Translations under genes and position numbers: made by a program
Shown here: positions 58,401-64,000 of the stretch, one piece after another
How positions within the stretch are numbered: the stretch's first letter is position 1
Layout of the letters: each line of letters starts with the position of its first letter
Notes under the pieces: generated by a model
What the model saw: only the letters and a program-made list of their open reading frames with translations
What the model was told of the DNA's origin: nothing
Databases searched by the model: none
DNA from: an uncultured Eubacteriales bacterium
GTDB lineage: Bacteria > Bacillota > Clostridia > Christensenellales > UBA1242
Direction: 5' to 3'
Assembly (NCBI GenBank): GCA_949001935.1
Contig: CARJLX010000004.1
Coordinates: 23,023-87,022 of the forward strand
DNA length: 64,000 nucleotides

Positions 58401-61044
58401 AACCTGTTCCAGAACTTACTCTTGCATATAAAGTTGTTGTACCTTCTGTTGAAGGGAATGTGAATGTTGTTCCGTTAAGAGTTATAACTCTTTCATCACT
58501 TGCACCAAAAGACCAAGAATTTTTGAAAATATCTGTATTATTATGTTGATCAACTACAGTCACTTTAAAGAGTTTAATAAATTCTTCTACAGCATTACTT
58601 TCAATAACATGAGTATTTCCATCTTTTCCTACATAAGAAATTGTTAATTTTGCTCCATCATTACTGAGGCTTTGTTTAACTTGAACAGGTTCAACAAAGT
58701 TAACTGTATCACTTTCAAGAGTGATTTCCTGTGGCTCTGGGGTGTAAAGATAATAATTGCCATCAAGTATATTTCTTTCCCAAGGTGCAAGATTTGAATT
58801 GTCAAGATCTTGCAAAGTAGCTTTTGCAAGTTTTAAATTGTCTACCTTATTTGCAAAAGTATTTTTAATATTGAGTGTATAAGAAACTTTATGTTCTGTG
58901 TTATTTAAAACAGGATTGCTAATTGTAAAATAATTATTTATGTTTTGTGTTCCATCAGAAAGAGTTAATTGAATTCTTCCTGCGTTTATCTTTTCTACAA
59001 ACACTCCCCAAGAATCGCTATTAATATCAAAAATCAACGTGATTGTTTTATCTGTTGCAGGATAACCATTTATTCCTGAGTTGAAATAATAAATATTTCC
59101 ATCTTGAACTGTAGGATCTTGAGTAGTTTCTGTTCTTAAGTCTTCAACAGATCCCTCATAGAGAGTTTTTGTGATATTTACTTTAATTGGAGAATTTACT
59201 GCTTGTATAATAATATATTTACCATCTTCTTGAACTATCTCTTTACCATCACTATCTGTTTGCACAGTTGCAAAGTAAAGTTCAAATTCCCCTGTGTCAT
59301 AAACTGTAATTTCATTAGAAACTAGATAAAGGTCAAGAGGTTGAGAAGCACCAAATGTGTATGTCTGCTTAACTGGATTTCCTCGCAAGATGTTTTTTAT
59401 TGTTTCTTCACTTACGCCCTGAGCAAATCTTGCAAAGAATTTAACTGTTTTATAAACATTTTCTTCAGGAATAACTGCAAGGTTAGATAATGCATATGTT
59501 CTTGGAACTGTATTATCTCCATCATAATCCAAAGTTATATTTATATCCTCAGTGTTAGCCCATGAAACAGGTTCGTCATTTTGAACAACAGCATTCAAGT
59601 TTATAACATAAGAAATTTCTTCATTTGCACTAGAATCTTTGAAAATCTCATAACCGCTTTCTCCCTCTATAAACAAAACTATTGTCATTCTAAATTGTTG
59701 AGAATCTTCAATATTAGAACTCAATCTCCAAAAAGCATATTGCGTATTTGGTGAAGTTGTATCAGCAAAATAGAATTTTCTTCCATCTTTATCAACATAA
59801 TCTACAACATCTCCACCAACAATATTTAATCTGTTTGAAGCATCTACCCATGTTTTACCATTATTTTCTGTATATTCAAAACAAATGGCAACATTTTTGA
59901 GCATTGATAAAAGTTCTTCATCATTTGTCGAAATAACTTGAGCTCCTATAAAGTCATCTGCATATGGAGTAGACTGCATTGTTAACGTAAAGTTTCTACC
60001 CACGGTCATTTCCATTGTTTGACCAAATTTCAAAACATTAAAATTTTTAATAAGTGCTTTTACAATTGAAACATCCAAAGCACATGATTTACTTCCTGAA
60101 CCCGTCCCTTTCAAGAACAAAACAACTTGATTATATGCTGTTTGTTCATTCTCTTCGTTTTCCATCATAATTTGATTATATCTATCAATTTGATTTCTTG
60201 CACTTTCAAAAGTGTATGCCATAATAGTATTATTATCACTTGGAGAATCAGCTGCAATAAAATATCTTTCATTATTTTCATCAAAGTGAGGAACTATGTT
60301 GTTTGTAGTAGACTCAAAGAAAACTCTGCGTTCCCGCTTTTCGTTTATTGCGTCATTGAATTGATCATTGAAAAGATATGCACTATTTGCTGGGAAAAAT
60401 GTGGTTTTAAGAGTAAAGTTTTCATTTAAAGTTATAGAATCAAGTTCTTTACCTGCAAAGTCAATTGCCTTAGTTTCAATACTATAAACTGGAGTATCAA
60501 CAGCAATTCTAGCACTTACAGGAGAAATAAATTTATTTTGACTAGTTGCTGTGATGGTTGCAATTCCACCAGTAATCCAATTTACTAAATTATTATTTTC
60601 GTCACGATATAAGTTTCCTTCACTATCTCTTAAATATGGGTTTCTCAAAGACACAGTAAAAGGCTGTCCTATTGTTACATATTGAGGAACTGATATGACA
60701 TCATTTCTAACCTTTACAATATCGTGAACAATTCCATTTTCATCAGTTTCTTGAACTGTATATGTAATTCCATTATCAAGCGAAAGTTCAATTCTGTTAT
60801 TAGTGATAGGATCTGTACTTGAAGTTGTAGCTTCGATAGTTAAATTAAAATCACTAGTCACCTCAAACTGATTATTTTCTGGATTGTAAATTTTTTCGTC
60901 AAGCATAAAGGAAATGCTGTCTGGATTTACAACCTTTGTTTTAAAGCCCCCTGCTAAATACACACCCAACACTGTCATTCCTGAAACAAGAATAACACTG
61001 GAGATAACTATAGCTAAAGTTTTCCAAATCGCCCATTTTTTCAT
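49411..61044 (-). CDS. Giant (about 3,877 aa) N-terminally anchored, probably surface-exposed protein of unknown family
   Basis: A single uninterrupted ORF with SD AAGGAG 8 nt upstream of ATG 61044 (the track starts at GTG 61053). It has an N-terminal TM (WAIWKTLAIVISSVILVSGMTVLGVYLAG) and a beta-rich N/T/Y/E composition. Big_2-like strands are faintly visible (GGIATITATSQNK, FTLKTTFFPANS). Confidence 0.85.
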   Translation of the reverse strand: MKKWAIWKTLAIVISSVILVSGMTVLGVYLAGGFKTKVVNPDSISFMLDEKIYNPENNQFEVTSDFNLTIEATTSSTDPITNNRIELSLDNGITYTVQETDENGIVHDIVKVRNDVISVPQYVTIGQPFTVSLRNPYLRDSEGNLYRDENNNLVNWITGGIATITATSQNKFISPVSARIAVDTPVYSIETKAIDFAGKELDSITLNENFTLKTTFFPANSAYLFNDQFNDAINEKRERRVFFESTTNNIVPHFDENNERYFIAADSPSDNNTIMAYTFESARNQIDRYNQIMMENEENEQTAYNQVVLFLKGTGSGSKSCALDVSIVKALIKNFNVLKFGQTMEMTVGRNFTLTMQSTPYADDFIGAQVISTNDEELLSMLKNVAICFEYTENNGKTWVDASNRLNIVGGDVVDYVDKDGRKFYFADTTSPNTQYAFWRLSSNIEDSQQFRMTIVLFIEGESGYEIFKDSSANEEISYVINLNAVVQNDEPVSWANTEDINITLDYDGDNTVPRTYALSNLAVIPEENVYKTVKFFARFAQGVSEETIKNILRGNPVKQTYTFGASQPLDLYLVSNEITVYDTGEFELYFATVQTDSDGKEIVQEDGKYIIIQAVNSPIKVNITKTLYEGSVEDLRTETTQDPTVQDGNIYYFNSGINGYPATDKTITLIFDINSDSWGVFVEKINAGRIQLTLSDGTQNINNYFTISNPVLNNTEHKVSYTLNIKNTFANKVDNLKLAKATLQDLDNSNLAPWERNILDGNYYLYTPEPQEITLESDTVNFVEPVQVKQSLSNDGAKLTISYVGKDGNTHVIESNAVEEFIKLFKVTVVDQHNNTDIFKNSWSFGASDERVITLNGTTFTFPSTEGTTTLYARVSSGTGYIETTNKLTMIVSSTGIQKIESDQTYDVLENQGQNDITLKEQTSLSIIDIQKYGASYATQDNKTGGYINFDYLVKLYYSDGIAETQYLRENYKFNFSSQYLESLEAEKFKSLFGKNGMITISGNGNGTWEMPAMENGESDSQYLSRVKADLTNFEVRGLTFNHNFAVGGEKLEFIITDKIETGVVRITMNFTILANVTYQSNSTEIGKDNDVYAMAGKTLNSNEDVVVNYQNGEDISLHTSKQISGLLSSLEGNYYIVDDGNTYKISKDRMTGGVDVSVGEIVNGAFKFYDFWDVPEKSFKINFYLEGIENQFTPFYTFNFKVQRNIKVENVNTNNIENSYKFVLDGQISNKVKDYISVSRIKDISNNSDEINADIANILSNISFELESNPFINIVQRDDDWYIERTSITPIFKYNETDFIYKITVYIQEANQDKLLIDDTKTIKFESGVEYKDLADRFIKNDGNAILKAEVQNLDGVDYLKVTTDKWKLNNLYDEVATLKNYKFETARHYYDYSSGSTIQYRSKSNFYSFQNTDDNTNQDVTFLEIGNSGLFGLGDPKEYLVVRVLNRAGDLQIVMLVPCVVSRIGTVHAYYDKFDEEGAQIEHEYVEATLQDLLTTNAKTLIDENKFKAVDAGQYYVIASPYASESETKDGAKLYYYSTQFKQSNIAIEEIKNDYSRNNLATILSYDMLTKLEIGASGAREGDVVLKLNHLVGDATDYAYVTLKATISGEGFSQEIYYIVRVKPNATLGNIVYPYGDDAEYIISAKRQDGSYTPVEIKLDEAHDKTTCNFDSFRFNVYKNDDRLSALPVVDTIKSVSDGVNTYENQADYANLVEITFNTRENNTDNSIVTITPKTDRKLTIILSREYQTVVGGEFEYTIIVNDEESNLQLEFEDLNIAGKDLTFENGVYKWKVKREKTVNNYISTKINLRDRNAQGEGSSSTLKYGLLSINPKGVVANNSCEIYYNNQSYEQIFNNEGEIDVTGETINSNTLTLILDEYIEKDKLFEVYLYSQFGLLGTLQIEIEGSVTYEQIQESVKAGTSTDLLNLIENVKINGNIGVKNGAETADYSFGLTKATIQNQGKYSFVTIENGKIKALPNIEDVEIKLDIELWVVVDGKTEKFTFTLPLAITKNITNLDSSNVTTDRNNPFTLPRSTDGSDEIFAEDTKELLQADIFNVANSTDIPSSQNIKYTWTAISGGNAFESGNNNEKVLIQTKEVGLIQNCSALLEVSLMAGGAAYNTFYARYNFTVKPNVVVETNASAPQGTELYESDAQGRKIGYEYLQDGVSFVNVLDNFINTQPVFVGGNDIVGLNNDGTIITRSSNKNISGKYNRFVVYKATVDESLISTVTNNFTLNIISMQNADVYAGDYTILNNHFTSVGGSNTVYGKDINVSNLTFKIGTWRLKEGSQSEYEWNDDGNQSRITFQLTCNSVVAEYTIILVKDLYGITFNRVNNNLDSSGSVESFYADRMTESPQIFENERMLNLSVVRQSENDNISSLVSDKFEMLFEKFEDEKYYYSTKPLTLSRNDIGQIINIDLGKGLAGYRYIGTFLEGKILDIGGNTPSTEQEGKAEQFKPATKDFTTELFNKTPQLVSRVQLTYNQINVDFDKFAGELRFENNSGNGATLDSYQLEQTGSDLDKVFTVKDFKFSPNDGSTVKYLEQVEGSEATTERISNIYEISGVAYSYKLTLDIQVRQALEFTEVQDEDGKITPTKVNEKTNNIEAYTQQNLISTMGVYHPSTGNAELFKDSEFMDDNINLNLYVVGLDKALDESDEYIKRIREVYTSFNATVDNNGIDRYLAISAIQKRENGELVSPETVALASDKIYTTDYYIRGLGAENKGNYVLLYMTYSVKLQIGEGDATTYSKGFYIMMKVMPDYKIVYEKAGAVEPDENGIISNQGENRIYTLNEVVNNGSTYLPTILAGNNNSTNPIVSVKHKNDTTGNEIAAQDFKYEMQIDDERDGTLYNIELNVKNKLKDNVLTTGKHWAERTEANTTYYTWENSADNGEISLAGAKEVKFGVQYYRLEAQDKFGYKFVVCFALSNKNLISPTLSADNYITEGAGFDVGVKNYQLNITPGETEGESPNTTTILDIFGDDNLRGAQGQGVTILNLEGIEAFGFDKPFWEIDDMTTYENYFDKTKIGSSGGGTAKTGYKLRENTGKQSYLEHFPEFMYLRVLDIDFLYEGKSVVKEGIDIISEGNNNENQVLASDSNLYLTENTTSYNLYRQASSKYIMPSLPGYIYDDNDEVEVEIVITLGYGNGLYNKGTNLADNDIEEKHEVHAKVAVRKSTNFISYPNNVVQDGKEFNVKDYVYITRNNPDGGAATIVNDYSVYDDTLAVVVPANSSVTFSYEAFKMNGTSKEDNTSLPASGYTVEGQYIPQTYTIQNTASYDYVEYRSLSSLSGRTLEKDYFFTINVTRGDISKVKFMYNNIEIAVGNKIEGTGGSDGDNIALQPVSIGSEANKMIGYDRINIENPLRFTSNKIDSLTQYYLISIPQGDKPETGVDNRETVEYRFTQNYTVTGYFYSLKYNYSGQEKQIKDYIQINNDEKSTYVIPLANWTQGMYLTKATRSSSGGVSEANGMYDTFSNDCLNKLDFQITTSTTSGGQASGAATIDEYGNITTNKDFNISSHYITVVIRQKISGISGDWADITDFNRSNYYNHTNSKTLMLRLMPRGTSDTEISLDALKYNTTQVVLTQRVYNSGEIAYEEQIVNLPEGTDLSQATVIPKATTLWKNEVVEKQQTSTFNLKEFSAVKFNQSGVSITDADVKFMKGMPLFKKSFEYQAGSPPEGTEVDTSAIDYYEEKVGDETYVRFNDVTSQYNGYFFKASAASFENGIYKFPVTADFYYHKLTLVENTFLNEDLKVEKSNLVKDQVAFIGEDKIKASWYKHTIDGEDYWLLTSAKTTAGADYMFSGFTLSNYYEEPEDSILLNNVDDVYFSDRSSESLNEEYILMSNYKGTRLNFIVDTSGQVFTILSNFAFQLVKSS

Positions 61045-61296
61045 AACAGACACTCCTTTATGTAAATAAATTACTTTTATAGTTTACAATTTTTTAATTA
61101 AAAAGGCAAATAAATTTACATTTTGTTTAATAATATTATTAATAATATATATCAAAAATATTTAGCGATTTTTTAAAAATTAAAAAATATTTATTCCCGT
61201 TATAAACAAAGGCAAAGAAATATTTGTTATTTTATACATTAATTTACAAATAAATTAAAAAATAAAACAACTTAAATTAATATAAAAATAATTTAA

Positions 61297-61362
61297 TTTT
61301 TTGTGATTTTTATTAAATTTTAATATTTTTTTGCTATTTTTTATTATTTTTTATTGATTTTT
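61297..61362. other. Seven helically phased T-tracts (predicted intrinsically bent DNA) inside a 460-bp extremely AT-rich divergent intergenic region
   Basis: T4-T7 tracts start at 61297, 61307, 61318, 61326, 61337, 61347 and 61358. Spacings are 10, 11, 8, 11, 10 and 11 nt. Confidence 0.7.
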
Positions 61363-61457
61363 AATAAATTATTTAAAAATTATTTTTTTATTTATTTGAA
61401 ATTTTTTATTATTTTTATTAAATTAAAAATTCAATTTTTTATTTTTTTAATTGTCGA

Positions 61458-61486
61458 TTGACTTTATATATTATATCATGTATAAT
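61458..61486 (+). promoter_or_regulatory. Promoter of the ABC-F gene
   Basis: TTGACT, a 17-nt spacer, then TG-n-TATAAT. Confidence 0.6.
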
Positions 61487-61515
61487 ATCTCAAGAAAAAT
61501 ATAGGAGCAAAAAAT

Positions 61516-63099
61516 ATGGTACAAGTTTCAAACATTTCTCTCGCTTTTGGTGGGAGAACACTTTATAAAGAAGTTAATCTTAAATTCACAAAAGGCAATT
61601 GCTACGGAATTATTGGTGCAAATGGTGCTGGAAAATCCACCTTTCTTAAAATATTAACTGGGGAATTGGAAGCAAATACAGGAGAGGTTTTTATATCTCC
61701 TGGTGAACGCATGAGTGTGCTTGCACAAAATCAAAACGCGTATGACAACGAAACAGTGCTTGACACCGTTTTACTTGGTCATAAACGCTTAATGGAAATT
61801 CAAAAAGAAAAAGATGAGTTATACATGAAGCCAGATTTCAACGAAGATGATGGTATTCGTGCTGGCGAGCTTGAAACTCTTTTTGCCGAACTTGGTGGTT
61901 GGGAAGCCGAAAGCGAAGCCAAAAACCTTCTTCAAAATCTTGGAATAAATGAAAGTGACTACTACACTCTTATGGCAGATATGGATCCAAAAATCAAAGT
62001 TAAAGTCCTTTTAGCTCAAGCTCTTTTTGGAAATCCTGATATTTTGGTTTTGGATGAGCCAACAAACAACCTCGACTTTAAAACCACCCGCTGGCTTGAA
62101 AACTTTTTGTTAGGCTTTGAAAACATCGTTATTATAGTTTCGCATAACCGCCACTTTTTAAATAAAGTCTGCACTCACATCTGTGATGTAGATTATGGAC
62201 AAATTAATATGTATCTTGGAAACTATGACTTTTGGTATGAAACAAGCCAACTTATGGCACGCCAACTTAAAGACCAAAACAAAAAAGCCGAACAACGTGC
62301 TAAAGAACTTAAAGAATTTATTGCCCGCTTCTCAGCTAATGCTTCAAAATCTAAACAGGCAACAAGCCGTAAAAAAGAATTAGAAAGACTTACAATTGAA
62401 GACATTAAACCTTCATCAAGAAAATATCCATATATCAACTTTGAATTTACTCAAGATATTGGTAAAGAAGTTTTAAAAGTTGAAAAATTAACTAAAAATG
62501 GTTTCTTTAAAAATTTATCATTTAACATAGAAAGAGATCAAAAAGTGGTATTTTTTGCAAAAAATAATCAAATTTTAAGCACTTTATTCAATATTTTAAT
62601 TGGTAAAGACGAAGCCGACAGCGGTGAAATCCGTTGGGGAAAGACAATCTCGAAATCTTATCTCCCACAAAGTTATGGCGAATTATTTGAGAAAAACGAT
62701 AGTTCAATTGTAGATTGGTTAAGGCAATATTCTAAAGACCAAAACGAAACCTTTATTCGTTCTTGGCTTGGAAGAATGCTTTTCACTGGCGAAGAAAACT
62801 TAAAGCCTGCAAATGTGCTTTCTGGTGGGGAACGCGTAAGATGTATGTTCGCAAAGATTATGCTTGAAGGAAGCAATGTTATTATTTTAGATGAACCTAC
62901 AAACCACCTTGACCTTGAATCAATCACAGCCTTAAATAAAGGTATGCAAAATTATAAAGGCGTTTTACTTTTCTCAACTCACGACCAAGAAATTATAGAA
63001 ACTGTTGCAAATCGCATAATTGACATGACTGACGAAAACAAAATCATTGACTTCACTGGCACATATGAAGAATATGTCGAAAAATATGGACAGAAATAA
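61516..63099 (+). CDS. ABC-F family ATPase (two ABC domains, no TM domain)
   Basis: Walker A (GANGAGKST), signature and Walker B (LDEPTNNLD / LDEPTNHLD), and a charged inter-domain linker (KDQNKKAEQRAKELKEFI). Confidence 0.9.
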   Translation: MVQVSNISLAFGGRTLYKEVNLKFTKGNCYGIIGANGAGKSTFLKILTGELEANTGEVFISPGERMSVLAQNQNAYDNETVLDTVLLGHKRLMEIQKEKDELYMKPDFNEDDGIRAGELETLFAELGGWEAESEAKNLLQNLGINESDYYTLMADMDPKIKVKVLLAQALFGNPDILVLDEPTNNLDFKTTRWLENFLLGFENIVIIVSHNRHFLNKVCTHICDVDYGQINMYLGNYDFWYETSQLMARQLKDQNKKAEQRAKELKEFIARFSANASKSKQATSRKKELERLTIEDIKPSSRKYPYINFEFTQDIGKEVLKVEKLTKNGFFKNLSFNIERDQKVVFFAKNNQILSTLFNILIGKDEADSGEIRWGKTISKSYLPQSYGELFEKNDSSIVDWLRQYSKDQNETFIRSWLGRMLFTGEENLKPANVLSGGERVRCMFAKIMLEGSNVIILDEPTNHLDLESITALNKGMQNYKGVLLFSTHDQEIIETVANRIIDMTDENKIIDFTGTYEEYVEKYGQK

Positions 63100-63177
63100 C
63101 TAAAAATCATAAAAAACAGCAAATTCCCTATTGAAATTGCTGTTTTTTGTGATATAATCTTGGTATAGGAGAAATTT

Positions 63178-63774
63178 ATGAAAAAGAATGTCATAAAAGA
63201 TTACAAAAACATGTCCATAGAAGAACTTGAAAAAGAAGTTGCTATTTGCAACAAGCAAGAAAAAAGATTTAAAATAGGAAAACTTATTGCATGTGCGTTT
63301 ACAGCAATTTTTGTTGGCGCAGGTGCAGGATTGTCAATAAGAAGTGGCCAAAATACTATCAATAGAAATGATAAAGTCGCAAATCTTATAGAATTACCTA
63401 AACAAGAATATGTTATAGCAGGAGTTGGAAATCTCTATAACAAAATAAAAACAGATCCCGAAAAGAAAGACTTGTATTTTTCACAAATTGAAGATTTAAT
63501 AAATCTTTCTAATAATGATTATATTCAAAATAACGCAAGCCCTCAACTCAAAGCCGAAGTTGATAAAGTATATTCACAATATCATACTCTTGACTATGCG
63601 ATTGCGGGTGTTTGTGTAGCGGTAGGTGGCACATCCATTACGTTACCAATTGCTTATGTTTTATATAAAAAGGAGCGCAACCATTTGGATGTTGTAGATA
63701 AATATATGGAAGAAAGTCGCAATAATATCAAATACTCACCTACTATTGAAGCGGAAGATAAAAACGAGCAATAA
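63178..63774 (+). CDS. Hypothetical membrane protein, 198 aa (two TM segments)
   Basis: ORF track; SD TAGGAGAAATTT-ATG and a terminator hairpin AAAGACTTTATTTAAAGTCTTT follows. Confidence 0.5.
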   Translation: MKKNVIKDYKNMSIEELEKEVAICNKQEKRFKIGKLIACAFTAIFVGAGAGLSIRSGQNTINRNDKVANLIELPKQEYVIAGVGNLYNKIKTDPEKKDLYFSQIEDLINLSNNDYIQNNASPQLKAEVDKVYSQYHTLDYAIAGVCVAVGGTSITLPIAYVLYKKERNHLDVVDKYMEESRNNIKYSPTIEAEDKNEQ

Positions 63775-63807
63775 AAGACTTTATTTAAAGTCTTTTTTGT
63801 TTTTCGC

Positions 63808-64000
63808 TTGACATGATTCATATTTTTACATATAATGGAAACATAAATTGCAATAACGGAGCTTGGCAACTCTATCAGCAAATCGCGTGTCGGCGTAAAG
63901 ATAAATAATGAAGGCATTGATTTTCAATGTGAATTAGGGTGGAACAGCGGTAAACAAATCGCCCCTATGTCAAACTTTTTTGGCATAGGGTTTTATTTTA
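63808..64000 (+). promoter_or_regulatory. T-box riboswitch leader, probably glycine-specific; the regulated gene lies beyond the window
   Basis: Promoter: TTGACA, a 17-nt spacer, then TATAAT (63808-63836). The T-box sequence AATTAGGGTGGAACAGCGG lies at 63932-63950, with antiterminator GGG/CCC and GCG/CGC helices and a UGGA bulge. The candidate specifier is GGC-A at 63913-63916. The terminator is CCCTATG...CATAGGG plus TTTT (63963-63994). Confidence 0.7.

Noticed and set aside
61054-61515. The AT-rich divergent region as the replication origin
   Set aside because: It shows gene-strand divergence and extreme AT content, but I found no TTATCCACA-type DnaA boxes in it. There is a second divergence point at 7.2-7.4 kb, so strand switching alone is not diagnostic.

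Overview
The window is an AT-rich (about 30% G+C by eye, not computed), gene-dense chromosomal segment that looks like it comes from a low-GC Firmicutes/Mollicutes-like bacterium. It uses the standard code: secA, gyrA and an 11.6-kb ORF are all intact with TGA as stop. All calls rest on hand translation and remembered family motifs, with no database search.

The backbone is housekeeping:
- prmC, fused in frame to a multi-TM domain and truncated at the left edge
- rpmE, rpsF-ssb-rpsR, secA, ychF
- mrnC-rlmB-(frameshifted P-loop gene)-sigH
- glnS, initiator tRNA-Met, gyrB-(SemiSWEET)-gyrA, helD, hisS
- an MGMT-domain gene, a PflX-like radical SAM gene, an Smr-domain gene
- gltX, dnaB, typA, two tandem XRE repressors, uvrB, cls, an ABC-F ATPase
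- a Gly-type T-box leader at the right edge

I saw no rRNA, CRISPR array, transposase or integrase.

Most worth a second look:
1. An 11.6-kb ORF (about 3,877 aa) for an N-terminally anchored giant protein of no family I can name. It sits 11 nt upstream of cls and is preceded by a 460-bp extremely AT-rich region with helically phased T-tracts.
2. A dispersed polypyrimidine/polypurine hairpin element (at least 9 copies). It usually lies in the 5' UTR just upstream of the SD and is sometimes fused to a GCAAC-N5-GTTGC palindrome.
3. A 1,388-aa protein with a mid-chain TM hairpin and long charged helical regions.
4. A G9 tract that splits a P-loop gene at the position where Firmicutes usually carry yacP.
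5. A DnaA-box cluster between helD and hisS.
6. Two unclassified candidate RNA elements, at 4225-4385 and 22182-22340.
7. A palindromic-operator/XRE/SLOG module.
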